The notes below the pieces were generated by a model. That model was not told the origin of the DNA. It did not search any database and saw only the letters and a program-made list of their open reading frames with translations. Source: Patellaria atrata CBS 101060 (taxonomy: Eukaryota). From it: 64,000 nt of DNA. Position numbers and translations under genes: made by a program. Within the stretch, counting starts at the first letter, position 1. Every line of letters begins with the position of its first letter. Below are positions 13,501 through 26,567 of this stretch, piece after piece. The stretch spans positions 316,623 through 380,622 of the forward strand of contig MU006092.1 in assembly GCA_010093705.1 (NCBI GenBank), read 5' to 3'.

Positions 13501-14423
13501 TCTCCTGCTCATAACATGATACCAAATGGAGCTATGCCTCATCACCACCAGCTACCATTCCATCTTCAGCATAATGGTCCAGTTATGCAAAATGCTCATA
13601 CGCCCAATCAAACTCCTCGCCACGTACCAGCTCAACCTCACCACAACCACAACGGTCCTCACCACTTCGAGGGTCATCCGATGCAATTTTCAGCTTCCAA
13701 CACTGCTCATTCATCACCAAGACCACCCATGGCTCAATATGTGCCCTATGGAACACCTCAGGCTCAACCAGTGCAGATGTACCCCCAGATGCAAGGGTAT
13801 AGCATGAGTCCTAACCCACAAGCAGTGACGATTAGACAGTTGCCTCCCGGTGCGCAATTTGTACCTGGACCGCAGATGGGTGGACAAATGATGGTCAGTC
13901 AGCCTTCGAACGGACCATATATGAATATGCCTCCAGGTCAACCTGTCTTCATGCCATCTCCTGGTCAAGGTCACATGTTCCCACATAATGGTGCACCAAT
14001 TCCTACTCATCAGGGGCCGAACGGATATCCCAGTCCTAGACCCGGAGGAGCACCTATGATGGCCCACCAAGGGTCACAACAAGGTCATCAGCAGGTTTAC
14101 TTTGTACCACCAGGAAGTCATGCCCCTATGTTCGCTCACAACCCGGGAGGTGGACCAAGTAAGTAATAGATACTATACGATTTGATACGTAATGCTAATT
14201 GGCGTCAGTGACTCCCATGCGGGTACCGTATGCTCAGCAACCTCAGCCGCAACATTACGGAACCAGTCCTCATCAGCAACACCATTATCCGCAGCAACAT
14301 CGCGGCACACCAAGCACTAATTACGTCCAGCCCATGATGCCTACACACTCGATGCCACCTCAAGTACCTCCTCCCTCCGGTCCAGCCAGCCATATGCAGG
14401 AGGGGGTTGAGGAATCCAAATGA
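10600..14423 (+). CDS. PBP1: Ataxin-2/Pbp1 poly(A)-binding-protein interactor (Sm-ATX, LsmAD, PAM2-like, P/Q-rich tail)
   Basis: TITLKNGDKYSGIF Sm-like exon, WDQFEANERLYGVKSTFDENIYTT...AEERG LsmAD, FNVGAKEFRP PAM2-like motif. Five GT-AG introns (~10782-11070, 11270-11393, 11659-11705, 12064-12113, 14159-14208). Confidence 0.92.
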
Positions 14424-15426
14424 GAGGGCATACGAAACAATCTTGAGTTTAATCGCAGGTCATTATACCATATCAAACTTTTGAACCCTTTTGTGCTCGC
14501 ATTTAGCGTTGCTTGGTTTTCATTCAGGGTCATTCTTGGGTGGCTGGGCTGTAGGATCAAAAAGGGACATTGCATTAGCGATCGGCGTTTTGTCGAAGCA
14601 GGTACTGGGTGGTGTTGGTGGAAGAACATGTGCTGCGAAGCATATGTTAGTCGACAGACTGTCAGCGTACATGGTCGTGCGCGGCCCAATCTCAGTAAGT
14701 ATTACTGGGTTATTGGAAAGTTCTGGAAGGGACTTCAAGGCGGATAACAGTGCTGTCATCTGGCAGCAATTGAATTTGGAGCAAATACTTGTTCTGAGGG
14801 AAAGGGTGGATAGGCGTGTTCATATATATATATCGGAGAGCGAGTGTCTGTCGGGAAGTACTCCGTTCAGTACAATTAACTACCTTAAGGTACCTCAGTT
14901 CTCACTTATTAGTGCGAGAGTAACAGGGTAAGATACCTTACTCTCAGCAAGCTAGAAGAAGTAGGACAATATGAAAACGGTGTTTGCCTATTATTATGAA
15001 AAATCTTAGGCTTAACTTATGTTCACCCCTTCTAAATGCTTTTATTACCTGTACGGGAGTCATTATTTTCATCTTATCTTATCAATCACCTTAACGGATC
15101 TAATTCCCCCTGTCTCTCTGTGCCGATAGCCGACCGGAGTCCTTGTCCCTGCAGGAAATAGGAATTAAATGTCCATTCCCTCAGACTAACTTGACTAAAC
15201 TGAACCTAAACTCATAGTCTCATACTTTAAAAACTTGCCCAGACCCTCCCCCCCTCCCCACGACGCAATTCCGACTACAAGCTCCATTCCCGACTCCAGC
15301 TCATGGCAGTCTCATACTTTGTTGAACTCCACCACGACGTCTCGTCCCAATAACACCTCTGAGATCGACACGCCCGACAGACTGGACGCAACAGCCCTCG
15401 AGACTGACGAGATCGAACTCCAGACC

Positions 15427-17462
15427 ATGCCCACCTCCGACGACCCCGCCGAGGAACCGCTGATACAGCCGCAAATCTCGGACCTCGAACACTCGGGCAC
15501 GCTGCCCGCGCTCTCTCGCGCCACGAGTAATTACTCCAGACACGCTCGGCCGGGACTGTCCAGGACGACCAGCAGCTACAGAGATGGAGAGGAGGTGGAT
15601 GAGAGCGCGATACGCACGGCGGGGACGTTCGTGTGGGCTCTGACGCTGTGCGCGGGGATAAGCGGCGTGTTGTTTGGGTACGAGTACGTATAGCATACTT
15701 CTCCCTTCCCAGACGACTTGAAAGAGTGGGATTCACTATGAGATGAGGTGGATGAGTAGATAGAGGTACTGATGCTTGTTCGTATAGTACTGGCGTCATA
15801 TCCTCCGCCCTAGTGACAATCAAAAACAGCTTGTCCAACCGCGCCCTAACAACCCTCGACAAATCCCTCATAACTTCCTCAACCTCGCTCTTCGCCCTCC
15901 TCGCCTCACCAATCGCAGGTCTCCTCGCCGACTCCTACGGCCGCAAACCCGTCGTCCTAGTCGCGGACGTCCTCTTCGTCACCGGCTCCCTCATCCAGGC
16001 CCTCGCGCACGAAGTGTGGACCATGGTGCTGGGCCGCTCCGTCGTCGGTCTCGCCGTCGGCGCCGCGTCCTTCGTAGTCCCCCTCTACATCTCCGAGCTC
16101 TCCCCTTCCCCCATCAGAGGTCGACTCGTCACCATCTCCGCCCTACTCATCACCTTCGGCCAGGTCGTCGCCTACCTTGTCGGCTACTTCCTCTCGACGA
16201 CTGACGACGGATGGCGCTGGATGGTCGGTCTCGGCGCCGTGCCTGCGGCCCTCCAGTTCATGCTGCTCGGTAAACTGCCCGAGACGCCGCGCTGGTTGGT
16301 CAAGGCCGGACGGACCGATATGGCACATCGCGTGCTTAGGAAGGTGTACGGTTTGCACGGCGGCCATGAGGTGCGAAATGCGCGACGGGACGGGCGCAAG
16401 CGAGAACGCGTCGTCGAAGGCGTGCTGAGGCGCGTCGAGCGGGAAGTCGAGGAGGAAGAGGAAATCCACGCTTCACGAGAGACTGTAGACACCAAATCCG
16501 GAAGCTGGCGCGGCAGGGTGCAAACCGTGCGCTGGAGCTTCCACGAGCTCCTCGACGTCGGCGCGTCCAGGAGGGCGCTCGTGATCGCGTGCGTGCTGCA
16601 GGGTCTGCAACAGCTTTGTGGATTTGTACGTTGCTTTCGGGTTTCTAAATCTACTTTCCCTCTATCCCCTCTCCCTGCCCCCCCTTTTCCTTTAAAAATT
16701 TCAAAATTTAAAATTGAAAATAAACCCAACCCCAACGACATCAATCTAACACACAGCGAATAGAACTCCCTAATGTACTTCTCCGCCACGATCTTCCTCC
16801 TCGCCGGTTTCTCGACCCCAACCCTAACGGCCCTCAGCATAGCAGGGACGAACTTCGCCTTCACCCTCGTGGCCTTCAGCCTCATCGACCGCGTGGGCCG
16901 CCGGCGCATCTTGCTCTCTTCCATCCCCGTCATGGTGCTCGGCCTCGTCGGCGCCGCCGTCGCCTTCAGCTTCTTGGATCTCGGGTTCGGTGGTGGGGAG
17001 GGGGATGGTGAGGGTGTCGGGAGTCTCGATGGCGGTACTGCCACAGGAGGAGACAGAGCAGCAAAACCCCTCCTCCTGACCCTCCTCCTCTACGTCGCCG
17101 CCTACGCCACCGGCCTCGGCACCGTCCCTTGGCAGCAATCCGAGCTCTTCCCGCTCCCCACGCGGGCGCTGGGATCCGCTCTCGCCACCGCCACAAATTG
17201 GGGTTCTAATTTTCTCGTTGGGCTGACTTTTTTGCCGCTCATGGAGGCGCTGGGGCCGAGTGCGACGATGGCGCTGTATGCGCTCGTTTGCGCGGCCGGG
17301 TGGGCCGTCGTGTGGGGGATTTATCCTGAGACGGCGGGATTGGGGTTGGAGGAGGTGAGGGGGGTGCTTGAGGGGGGTTGGGGGGTGAGGGAGAGCGTGA
17401 GGGGGTTTGGGGAGAGGAGGGGGAGAGATGGGGGAAAGAGGGCGGGGAGGAGGTGTATTTAG
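15427..17462 (+). CDS. MFS sugar porter, myo-inositol transporter (ITR-like)
   Basis: LFGYD/TGVIS, DSYGRKP, PLYISE, PETPRWL, LQQLCGF/NSLMYFS, DRVGRR, QSELFP and PETAG sugar-porter motifs. Introns ~15684-15787 and ~16626-16763. Confidence 0.92.
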
Positions 17463-17710
17463 TGGGGTTCTTTAGGGCTAGATGGGGGCGCGTGTAGACA
17501 GGGGACAGGGGGAAGGGGAATAAGCGGGAGGGTGTATATATTCCATCAGTCAATTTCGATCCAGATCCTAGATGCGATTCCGCTCCCCTTTTACTGAAAT
17601 CGGAGAAAGTCCCGTCACGCACTCCGATATACCTCTCCTGACCTCACCGAGCATCCCCCGGTTTCCGAGCGTAAGAAACACCCTCATCCGCCACGGACCA
17701 AGGCAAGCCC

Positions 17711-18991
17711 TCAACAACCCCCCCGGAGGATCCGTCGCCGGTTCCGCTCCCACGCTACCCACGCCGCAGCTTGCAAGAGACAGTCGGCCAGGTCGTCGAG
17801 TTTGCCGTGCGGCACTGCTGCTTGCCCGAAGTTGGGGTCTGGTGGAGCTGTATCCGCGTCCATAGCTGTAGTTGTATCCGTAGATTTCTTGAGAGATTTA
17901 GAGGCTTTTCCTTTCACTTTGACTTTGGGTCTAGGTTCGAAAGCCGATTTCGTGGTCGTGACATCAGCGTCCGGTGCGAAAGCGAGATCGAAGCCGGAAG
18001 GAGACGTGGATGTGGAGGTGGAGGTGTGGATCCAGCGCGCCACGAGGGCGATCTTGTCTTTTTTCTGTATCTTGATCGGTTCTCTCTTTTGCCTTTTACG
18101 CTCTTCTTTATCGTCGTTGTTGGTGGTAGGTTTATTCTTCTCCCCCTTACCCTTCCCCATACCCGTGGTCGAGGGTGGGGTTAATTTATGACCTCCCTCT
18201 ACAGGCTCGGACCCAAGCCAAAACCGACCGACGCGTTTGGGGTTGACGTCCCACACGGCCGGGAAAGTCACCTCTTCCTCTCCGTCGATGTTGACCCCTC
18301 TCTCTGCCCTCAGCGTCTCCAAAACGGCATAAACCATAGCCTCAAGCATGTTAACCCTAACGGTCCACTCCTGAATCGCAGCGCCGCCTCCGGAGCGGAA
18401 GCGCTGTCTTTCTATCAGTATCGTGGTTGGGAAGTAGGGGAGTAGTGTCTGTTTCAGCAGGGCGTAGGCGGTCCGGGAGAGGGGGAGGGGATGGTATTGT
18501 TGTGGTGTCTCGGTCTCGTCTGGATTTGGAGAGTTTGGATCTGAGGTAGGTCGGGAGGAGGTAGGGAGGACGAGTGAGACTTTCCTCCATGCTATGACGG
18601 TGATGTTGGGCATCGCATCTTCCGTGCTCTTTTCTACGTCTGTTTCCACGCTCTTTTCTCCACTCCGAGACCCTTGAACCCCAAACCTCACATCCACAAC
18701 GCAGAATGCAAGATTTCGGATTCCCATGTCGATGCTCAGGATCCGTGTTTTCCCCACCTCGTCCCTTCCCCCCTCTTTCTCCACCTTCGTATTTTCCCCC
18801 TTCTCCCCCTTTCCCTTCTCACCCCTCCCACCCCCCGTGAGAGGAAGAGCGAGACGCGGGACCAGCAATTCCTTCCGCAAGCGCGTCAGAAGCACCGTTT
18901 TGGTTCCCGAAGTCTGCGCACCGATGGAGGAGAGGAGGTGGCGCAGCTGGAGGAGTTTGAGGGATGATAGGGAGGATGGAGGGGGCCGCAT
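17711..18991 (-). CDS. CCE1: Mitochondrial Holliday-junction resolvase Cce1/Ydc2 (SAP-like N-terminus plus RuvC-like catalytic domain)
   Basis: ILSIDMGIRNLAF, ILIERQRFRS and KLDDLADCLLQ catalytic motifs; SAP-like LKLLQLRHLL..GTKTVLLTRL. First ATG at 18991. Confidence 0.9.
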   Translation of the reverse strand: MRPPPSSLSSLKLLQLRHLLSSIGAQTSGTKTVLLTRLRKELLVPRLALPLTGGGRGEKGKGEKGENTKVEKEGGRDEVGKTRILSIDMGIRNLAFCVVDVRFGVQGSRSGEKSVETDVEKSTEDAMPNITVIAWRKVSLVLPTSSRPTSDPNSPNPDETETPQQYHPLPLSRTAYALLKQTLLPYFPTTILIERQRFRSGGGAAIQEWTVRVNMLEAMVYAVLETLRAERGVNIDGEEEVTFPAVWDVNPKRVGRFWLGSEPVEGGHKLTPPSTTGMGKGKGEKNKPTTNNDDKEERKRQKREPIKIQKKDKIALVARWIHTSTSTSTSPSGFDLAFAPDADVTTTKSAFEPRPKVKVKGKASKSLKKSTDTTTAMDADTAPPDPNFGQAAVPHGKLDDLADCLLQAAAWVAWERNRRRILRGGC

Positions 18992-19590
18992 GCTGAGAGT
19001 ATCTATTCGGTCGTGGTTGGTGTATGGAGGTGGATGTGAATTATCTCCAAGTTGCAAAGATTGGGATTGGAGTTAGTTGGTCTGGATCGTCGTGGAGATG
19101 TTTGGATGGGCATTTGGGCGGAAATTGGGGGGGAAGATGTGGTGGATGTAAGGTTATGATGTATGTATACAAGAGGAATGTGGAAGAATGAGGTGAGTTG
19201 TATTGATGTGCGGAAAGTGGGAAGAGAGAGGAGTCGGGTACGGTGAGGTCTTAAGTTGAGACGCGAAGCGAGAGATACCTTTAGACGCGTCTTAGACGAT
19301 GCGCTCTCACGTGCCATGCGAGCCGATATTAAAGGTGGAATAAGCACGATCATTCTTAAACTCCATAGCATGAATTAAGAATACTGAAACGATGTATTGC
19401 TAAGCCAAATGCTGGATGACCAAAACCGATGCAATGATAATGCGCCGACTAAGCCATAAAACCACCACGAACTCCCTAAAGGTACGCCGACCAGATGCAA
19501 TCAACCACCAACCCTAACCCCAATACCCAGTTATCATGAATGACATTTCCCCCTGAAACCAATCCCTTATCCCTCCAGTCGTAATTATCG

Positions 19591-21977
19591 TCACCTATGC
19601 CCCAACAACTCCAATAGGTCCTCCTCATCGTCTTCGCCCTCCTCCACTTCCACCTCATCATCCACATCATCCATACTATCATCACTATCCTCCTCCCCAC
19701 TGTCTCCCCCGTCCATATCCCCCGCCTCCTCTTCACCGCTCAAGAACCTACCATCTGCACCCCAAAAATCAACCTCACTCTCCTCACCATCCGCATCCGT
19801 CATCTCCTCGTCCCCATCGATCTCCGTGTCGCCCTCAAAAACACCAAAATGCCTGCCATTGAGGTAAGAAGATAGTCCGGGTGATAGACTCCGGGAGACG
19901 CGGTGGAACATCTCAAGAGCGCTGGCACGACTGTTTCCGAGGAATCCTTGACCGGATGAGGAGGAGGCGGGGCGATCTGAATTAGCTTCGGCATCGGCGG
20001 CCAGGAAATAGGAACCGGATGCCCGACGCAGACTATCCGTACGAGCGTGCGGTGCAAGGGTCGGTTGAAATTGAATGCGAGCTGGACTGGGTATGTTTGA
20101 GGCTACGGGAGTATTTTCGTCCAGGTCGGTGGGGGAGTGTAGAGGTAAGGGACTACTCCTAGTAGAGGGAATCGTGCCTGCAGCAGCTACGTTGGATAAC
20201 CGTCGATGTCTTTGTTGAGCAAGTATTGCAATATCCTCAGTCCGGCCAAACATCCTGATTTCGCTGGTATTGTAGCTATCACACGTTCCGCACTTATTGC
20301 CAAGCCAGTGGTATTTGCCTTCACTCTTTGCCTCGCAGTCATTGCAGTGAACCACCACCCTAGTGTCATCAAACTGCGGGGGCATGGGTTGAGTTTCGAT
20401 CGCATGGTCAATTTTGCGCCATTGGACATCCATGTTGACAACGCTCTTCTTGCATATGGGGCATTTGTACGCCGTCTCCATATATTGATTGTAACATTCT
20501 TTGTGGATATAGTGACCACAAGGCATAGCCACGACGGAAGTATTGGATGTGAACATGTAGTCACCGCATATTGGACAATCACACTCAGTAGCACGTTCGA
20601 TGCATCTGTGGTTCGCATAATACGAGATTGAGATACAGACGTTGCATTTCTATTCACTATTTTAGTTACAGTCTTCCGCATCGTTAGATGAAATACCTTG
20701 CAGTGGTTGAAATCCCTCCCTAGACCTTCCCCTATTCGACATATTCCACAATCATTGCAATGATAGATTCTCCTCAGAGCATCATCTTCCCAAAGGTGAC
20801 AAATATCGCAATAATACCATCCTGGGCTGACTCCGCAATTCCGGCACATGTCACCAACGGGCTGTGGTGTTGAGCATAGCATGCAATACATATTTTGCGT
20901 CTTTCTCCGCCTAACTTCATGATCTTCTGCTTGGTTATGGCAGATCCGACATGTGTACCAACGTTTACAGTCGAAACATTGCATCTTGACGTTACGCTTG
21001 TAGTGTTCACAGCCCAGTTCTGGCACATATTCTTGAACCTGTTCCGATGAATTTGCCGACTGTGTAGCTAGAGGTCGTGGTCTAAAGTGGGGCTGTTTTT
21101 CTTCTACTGTCATCTGCAACATGAGGCTTGAAGGATCATAAATTGCAGAGGGAGAGCTCCTTTGGAGTTCAAGATCGGTAATGGATATCGAAGAACTAGG
21201 CGTGATGGGAGTATCCGAAGACTTAATGCTCGAGGGGGAGACAGGTCGTAGGACGTGAGACTTTGTTGGAACGTAGTCTTCCATCATCAATTGATGCATT
21301 CGTTTAGCTTTCTCATCGTTCGATATGGGTAGTTCACGGATTGCATGTATTCGTTCCCGCAATGAGCGCATGCCATCATCGGCAGGTAAAGTTTCAGACA
21401 TCTTGACTATTTGTTGACCACTTGGACTCGATCTTGGGGTGTCCCTACCGGTGTTCGCTCGTGATCTTCCCGCTGTAGTACCTGTGCTCCCACGCCTCGA
21501 TTGTATAGAGTCAAAAGTATCGACCGATCGAAAACGCTGTGGTATACCGAAGGAAGGGTTATGTGACATGCCCTCATCGGGAAGGATTTCGATGGGTGAA
21601 GCAAGCAATTCGACATTGCCTGATCCGGTGCTAGAAAATGGTGGCCGCACAGGATCGGGTGCGGGCGCTGAGGAGGACAGAGAAGCCTCAGTAGCGACTA
21701 CATCTGCGGAGGGAAGCTGATCAGAGGGAGGATTCGGTCTTGAGCTTAGAGATTGTGTGGGGAAGAGATCATCGGCTAGAGCTGATGGAGGAGGTTGGCG
21801 TTCTATCACACCTTCGTCAGTTGCTCTAGGATCGGACGGCAAGGCAGTAGTAGTGGTGACTGCATGCGCATGTGAAAGGGAGTCTCCGTCCTCGCTATCT
21901 GATGTTGCAGTTGTGGTAGAAAGCCTTCTTGCTTGACGAACTACAGGCTGGATTAGAGATGATATCAGGTTGGTCAT
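19591..21977 (-). CDS. CHY zinc finger / RING-H2 / zinc-ribbon E3 ligase (Pirh2/RCHY1-like)
   Basis: GCEHYKRNVKMQCFDCKRWYTCRICH (CHY), MPCGHYIHKEC...CPIC (RING), CNDC...YHWLGNKCGTCDSYNT. 47-bp intron 20696-20650 joins the two ORFs. Acidic tail. Confidence 0.93.
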
Positions 21978-22844
21978 GAGGAAACATGAAACAATAGCGC
22001 ATAGAGATTATGAAGAACTCTCGCCGAAGGAGAGAATAATGGGGAGAAATTCACGAGTAAGGGAGGAGGAAGACTTGAGTAGTGCATGAAGTGTGGTCCA
22101 AAAGCTGGTTCACCATCTGACGACATGACCCCTAAGGGTAACGTTTAACCCTTCCAGCTTAGGTTGTGCTTGCCCCCCCCCCCTCCCTTTCCCCCCCATT
22201 TTAGGCCTCCTACACCCATGAAAACGGGCTGTAAGGCCCAACTTGGACCCCAAATTCGACAGGAAGCAGACACAATCCTGTCAAAATTTCCCCACACTTG
22301 ACATTTCACGTGATAAGGCCAAAATTACCTTACCTTCAAAATGAACTGTAAACTTAATGAGATCACAATTATTCAATGGGAATTTGTAGATCAAAGTCAT
22401 TCGCGCAGTCATCTTTAATTACAGATTGCTAATGCTCCCCCATCTATGATACAAGCCCCTTTTTTGGATCAAGCTCCAGTGGCTAAGATGCTAACCCCCA
22501 TTTTGTCCCTTTTCCATGAACCTTTTGGACCCCTTTGATGCAATTCCGTCCTGTGAGGGAGCTGCTCTTTTCCGAATCATACACCAAAGGGAAACCCTTA
22601 AACAAAACCTGGAAGGACTTGTCGCCACGCTGATGAGGTATCTCGAAAAAACACAAGAAAAGAAAGCCTCAAACGCCGGACACCAAACACCACTCACTTC
22701 TGCCCCGATTAAAGGCAGAGGAGACATACATGTCATAATACCGTCTCATATCGAGAGGTCTGTTGTCGTAACTCCTCGCTATCCCCATGATAGCAACGAG
22801 TTGTAAATAACAAATGCGAAATATAGATGTAAAAGTAAACATAC

Positions 22845-25800
22845 CTAGCTGGACTTTTCCTTTTGCAAGAAGTTTCGGAAGTCAAACCTATCTCTTGCGC
22901 TTTCCCGACTGATAGTAGTAGCAAGACTTGTGGTGCTTTCCGTGGACACAGAAGATCTAACTTTATGAGAGTCCTTTGACTCTACCTGAGACGATCGATC
23001 GCATTGCGCATTTGGGTCTATTAATTTCGGATTGCTCCGCACACGTTCGATTTCCTTTCTGATCCACTCTTGCATCTCCGGTAGAATTGTCAAGTTGTGT
23101 GGGACCTGGAATCGTTCGAGTTCTCCGATGAATTTCACCTCCCGCATGTATCTATTGAAATTGATGGCCTCGATCCCCTTTTCACTTCCATTTCCTGGGA
23201 GTTGGCGGGTCTTTGGGTTACCCATATCGTTCATCACAAGGTCTGTGAGATACATACCCAACCACGGTATGCAAGGCCCAACCTCGTTGCGCAAGCGGGC
23301 ACGAAGTACCTTGTAATTCAATTTTATCGTAACTATCGCCTTCAGTTCTTCATGACGTGCCTTTGTCTTAGCTGAAACGTGCTCCCAAGTTCGTTCCAGC
23401 CGTTTGACACCGGTAGAGGCCACTCCCATTACGACGACGTTCAAACAATGGTAATTCTTGAGCTCGAGGAGACTCATCGAGACCTTCACCCATCGCTTGA
23501 TGATGGATGCACGTTTCTTTGGCTCCTCCACACTGAAGATTGAGTCCACGACCACAGCGTTCAAGTTATCTGCAAGCGTAGACATTGCTGACACGTTAAA
23601 CGCTTTGTTGTCCTCCTTCATCCATTCTTGCCCTAGCAACTCCTCAGGTTGAAGACTACAGAATGACCGAGAAGCGATGATCGTGAGTTGCCTTGCAAGC
23701 TCCAAAGGGTCGCAATCCAGGACGGTGCACGCAGTACCCGACTGAACGAAACTCTTCAGCGTCATGAGCTGATTTTTGTTCACAGCCAGGCTAGGAGCTT
23801 GTTCATCCGAAACCGAGTGAATAGATCCCGAAGTGCTCATCTTGCCAACAGATGATACTGATTTGGGGACTATGACGCCTTCCTTTATCTCGACCACCTT
23901 TGAGGTGAGCTCGATCAATTTTTCAGCAGCGTTGGGCAGCGTAGGTGCAACTATTTCGATCGCAAATTTTCGGATATGATCCAAGGCTTCCCTATCAGTA
24001 TCGTTATTCCAATGGGTTTCAAGCCACTTTTTAAGGACATTGTAGACCCTGAGTCGCACGGGCTTCGCCTTCTCTTCGCATTCTCCAACATAGTTGAAAC
24101 GATCTGCCAATGCTTGCAAGAAACCAATAGGCGTCGTGAACATTCGAAAAGTAATGAAGAACGTTGCGGCGAAAGTAGGCTCCGGAGGAGAGTCGTGCAT
24201 GGTAAGGCTTTCGATCAGAGCGGGGAGTGAGCCAGCTGAGATTTGACCTTCCTTATTATATACGAGCTCGTGAGCATATGTCTTATAAGACGGCTTTACT
24301 TCCACATTGACTGGTTCCTCTTGCACAGATTCCAACTCCGTTATGCTCCCGAAACTACTTAACAGATTCGGTTCAGGTTGCTGAGAGATTGGGGACTTGT
24401 CAGGGGTCGTTGCTCGTGTCGATGCTTGTGAAATGATACTACCTTCATCTCCGCGAAGACTATTTGGATACGTGCTATCTGTGTGTATAGATGGTCCGAA
24501 GGAAAGGTGACCTGATTTCGCAGTTGCTGGAGAGACTTCTACCGGGCTTTCTACCACTGTCGCATGATCCGGTACAGGAAATGTCGGAAGTGGAGGTAAG
24601 GAAGATTGCGAAGATCTCAGCGAAACAGTAATCGGACTTTCTATGACCACCGGTTCGGGAGCAACGGTCAAGACCGGTTCCGGTGAAAGTAAAGGTGTCC
24701 CCGGTAATGGTTTTGATTCAGTCAGAATTGGAGGAGGGGGTGGACGAGATGATGGCTCCGGTGGCGGGGGTAACGGTTTGTCTGTATCCGCTTGCGTCGT
24801 GATCGTTGAAGTGCAACTCGTTGACTGGGATGGCACATGCTGCTGTGAGGACTCGATTGCGTCGAAAACTTCCTCTCCTAGTCCGAGACCTGCGTGTTCG
24901 AATTCAAAGTCGCCTATTTCTCCGATAATAGTCTCGGTGATATTAACACATTCGACCGTAGATTTTATGCATTTGGTAGCAGCGTTCATGAGGAACTCGT
25001 CCGGTGGGAGGGTTGCAAGCTCATTTAGAGCATTATCGAACTGACAGAAGTAACGTGTCATAGCACGCGCGAAATCATGGAAATTTGCGTACATTGCGTC
25101 CTTTGCTTTATCCAGAATGTCCAGTTGTCGTGAATCACGTTCCCACACCTCGTTCACAATCACAAGTATATTGTGGTGTGGAATAGCAGCTTCTCGGATG
25201 ATAAGGGGAAAGTTGTCGAGGGCGTCTAGGGAGCGCGAGTCGAGATTCGCCCCGATGAAAATTCCCATAGATCCAAGGAAGCTGTAATGGACGTCCTTCA
25301 GGTGTTGAGAAGCGAGTTTGACTTTCCCTGCTGTCAAATTGCGTGACGTGTGCGACAAGCGATCAGTGACCGAAGTTGGTTCAGCTTGCCCAGACAGTGG
25401 TCTTGAGGGCAATGAGTTCGATTGCTTCAACTCGGCTTGCGGGGTGGACGTAAGTGCGCGACATGCCAGAGTAGGTGATGGGTTTGAGTTGCAGGTCGTT
25501 TGGTCTAACTCGGTTGGTGCTGACAGTTCCGAAGGTGACACGGCAGAGTAAATTCCATAAGAAGACTCGGATTGCTCACGATAGGACCGGTCTATATCTA
25601 TATCCGGATCTATTGGTGGCGTCAATGGACGGTCAAATTCATACCGCTCCTCAGCTTCTACAAGCTCTTTCCAAATGTCAAGAAATTTTACGCCACGGTT
25701 AACGACTTTGAACGCCTTACTCTCAACTTCGGCTAACAATTCGAGAACATCTACTTCCGGATCCTGGTCGTCGGGGACACGATGCAATCGTTTAGCTGAT

Positions 25801-26567
25801 TTTACAAGTGAAGCCAAATCGCCTAGCAGGCCCTTGCGAGTGCGCCGTAGAGCGACACTTCCTTGCACGAGGGAAGATTCGCGGGTCAAGCAACCCGTTC
25901 TCTCCTACGGACGGTGTCAGCTGAGTTGTATCGCAAATTGAATGATTTTTGATGGACAGAGAGGGAAGGTGTCACCGGTTTGAGAACGTACAAGTAAGAG
26001 GCGCACTCCCGCTATCATTCCCCTAAAGTAGTCCCGCCCGTACAACACAGCTGGACTGTCGCCTTGACGGATCAGGTCAAACAGGTTGAGCAGGGAGAAG
26101 AGTAGATTTTTCATTTGTTCTTCGTCGTAAGGATTGCAATAGTTAGTTGGTAACCAACCTCGTGCACCCGACCAGAGCAAGGTACCATCCGCCCAGCCAT
26201 TAGGATGAACCGAATGCACCAAGATGATGTCGCCTGCGTTAATTGGAACAACAACAGATGACTCTTCCGATTTCGAGGATATTGCTGGCTCTGGATGATA
26301 ATCATGGCAAGCGCGCATGAAATTGTGGAAGAAATTGGCATACGATTGGTTTTCATCGAATTCCCGCGAAGCTCGTGGAGTCAATGGAGGAGACATGTGT
26401 TGAGATTTCGAAGACAGCGATGCGCGACTTTTGGAGGAAGAAGGACGCGTGTGAGAAGATCCGTTGCTTTTTCTACGCGTTGGACTTCTTGTTATTTGGA
26501 GAGGTGCAACCATGGCGCTGGCGCGCATCATGTCCATATCGACCTGGAAATCCGAGATCGCGGACAT
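22845..26567 (-). CDS. SH3-domain Ras guanine nucleotide exchange factor (Cdc25/Bud5 family; REM + RasGEF)
   Basis: SH3 HSVHPNGWADGTLL..RGWLPTNYC; REM GSLPALIESLT..FFITFRMFTT..RLRVYNVLKKWLE; RasGEF DPLELARQLT, PCIPWLGMYLTDL, INFNRY. Intron 25991-25905. Confidence 0.93.
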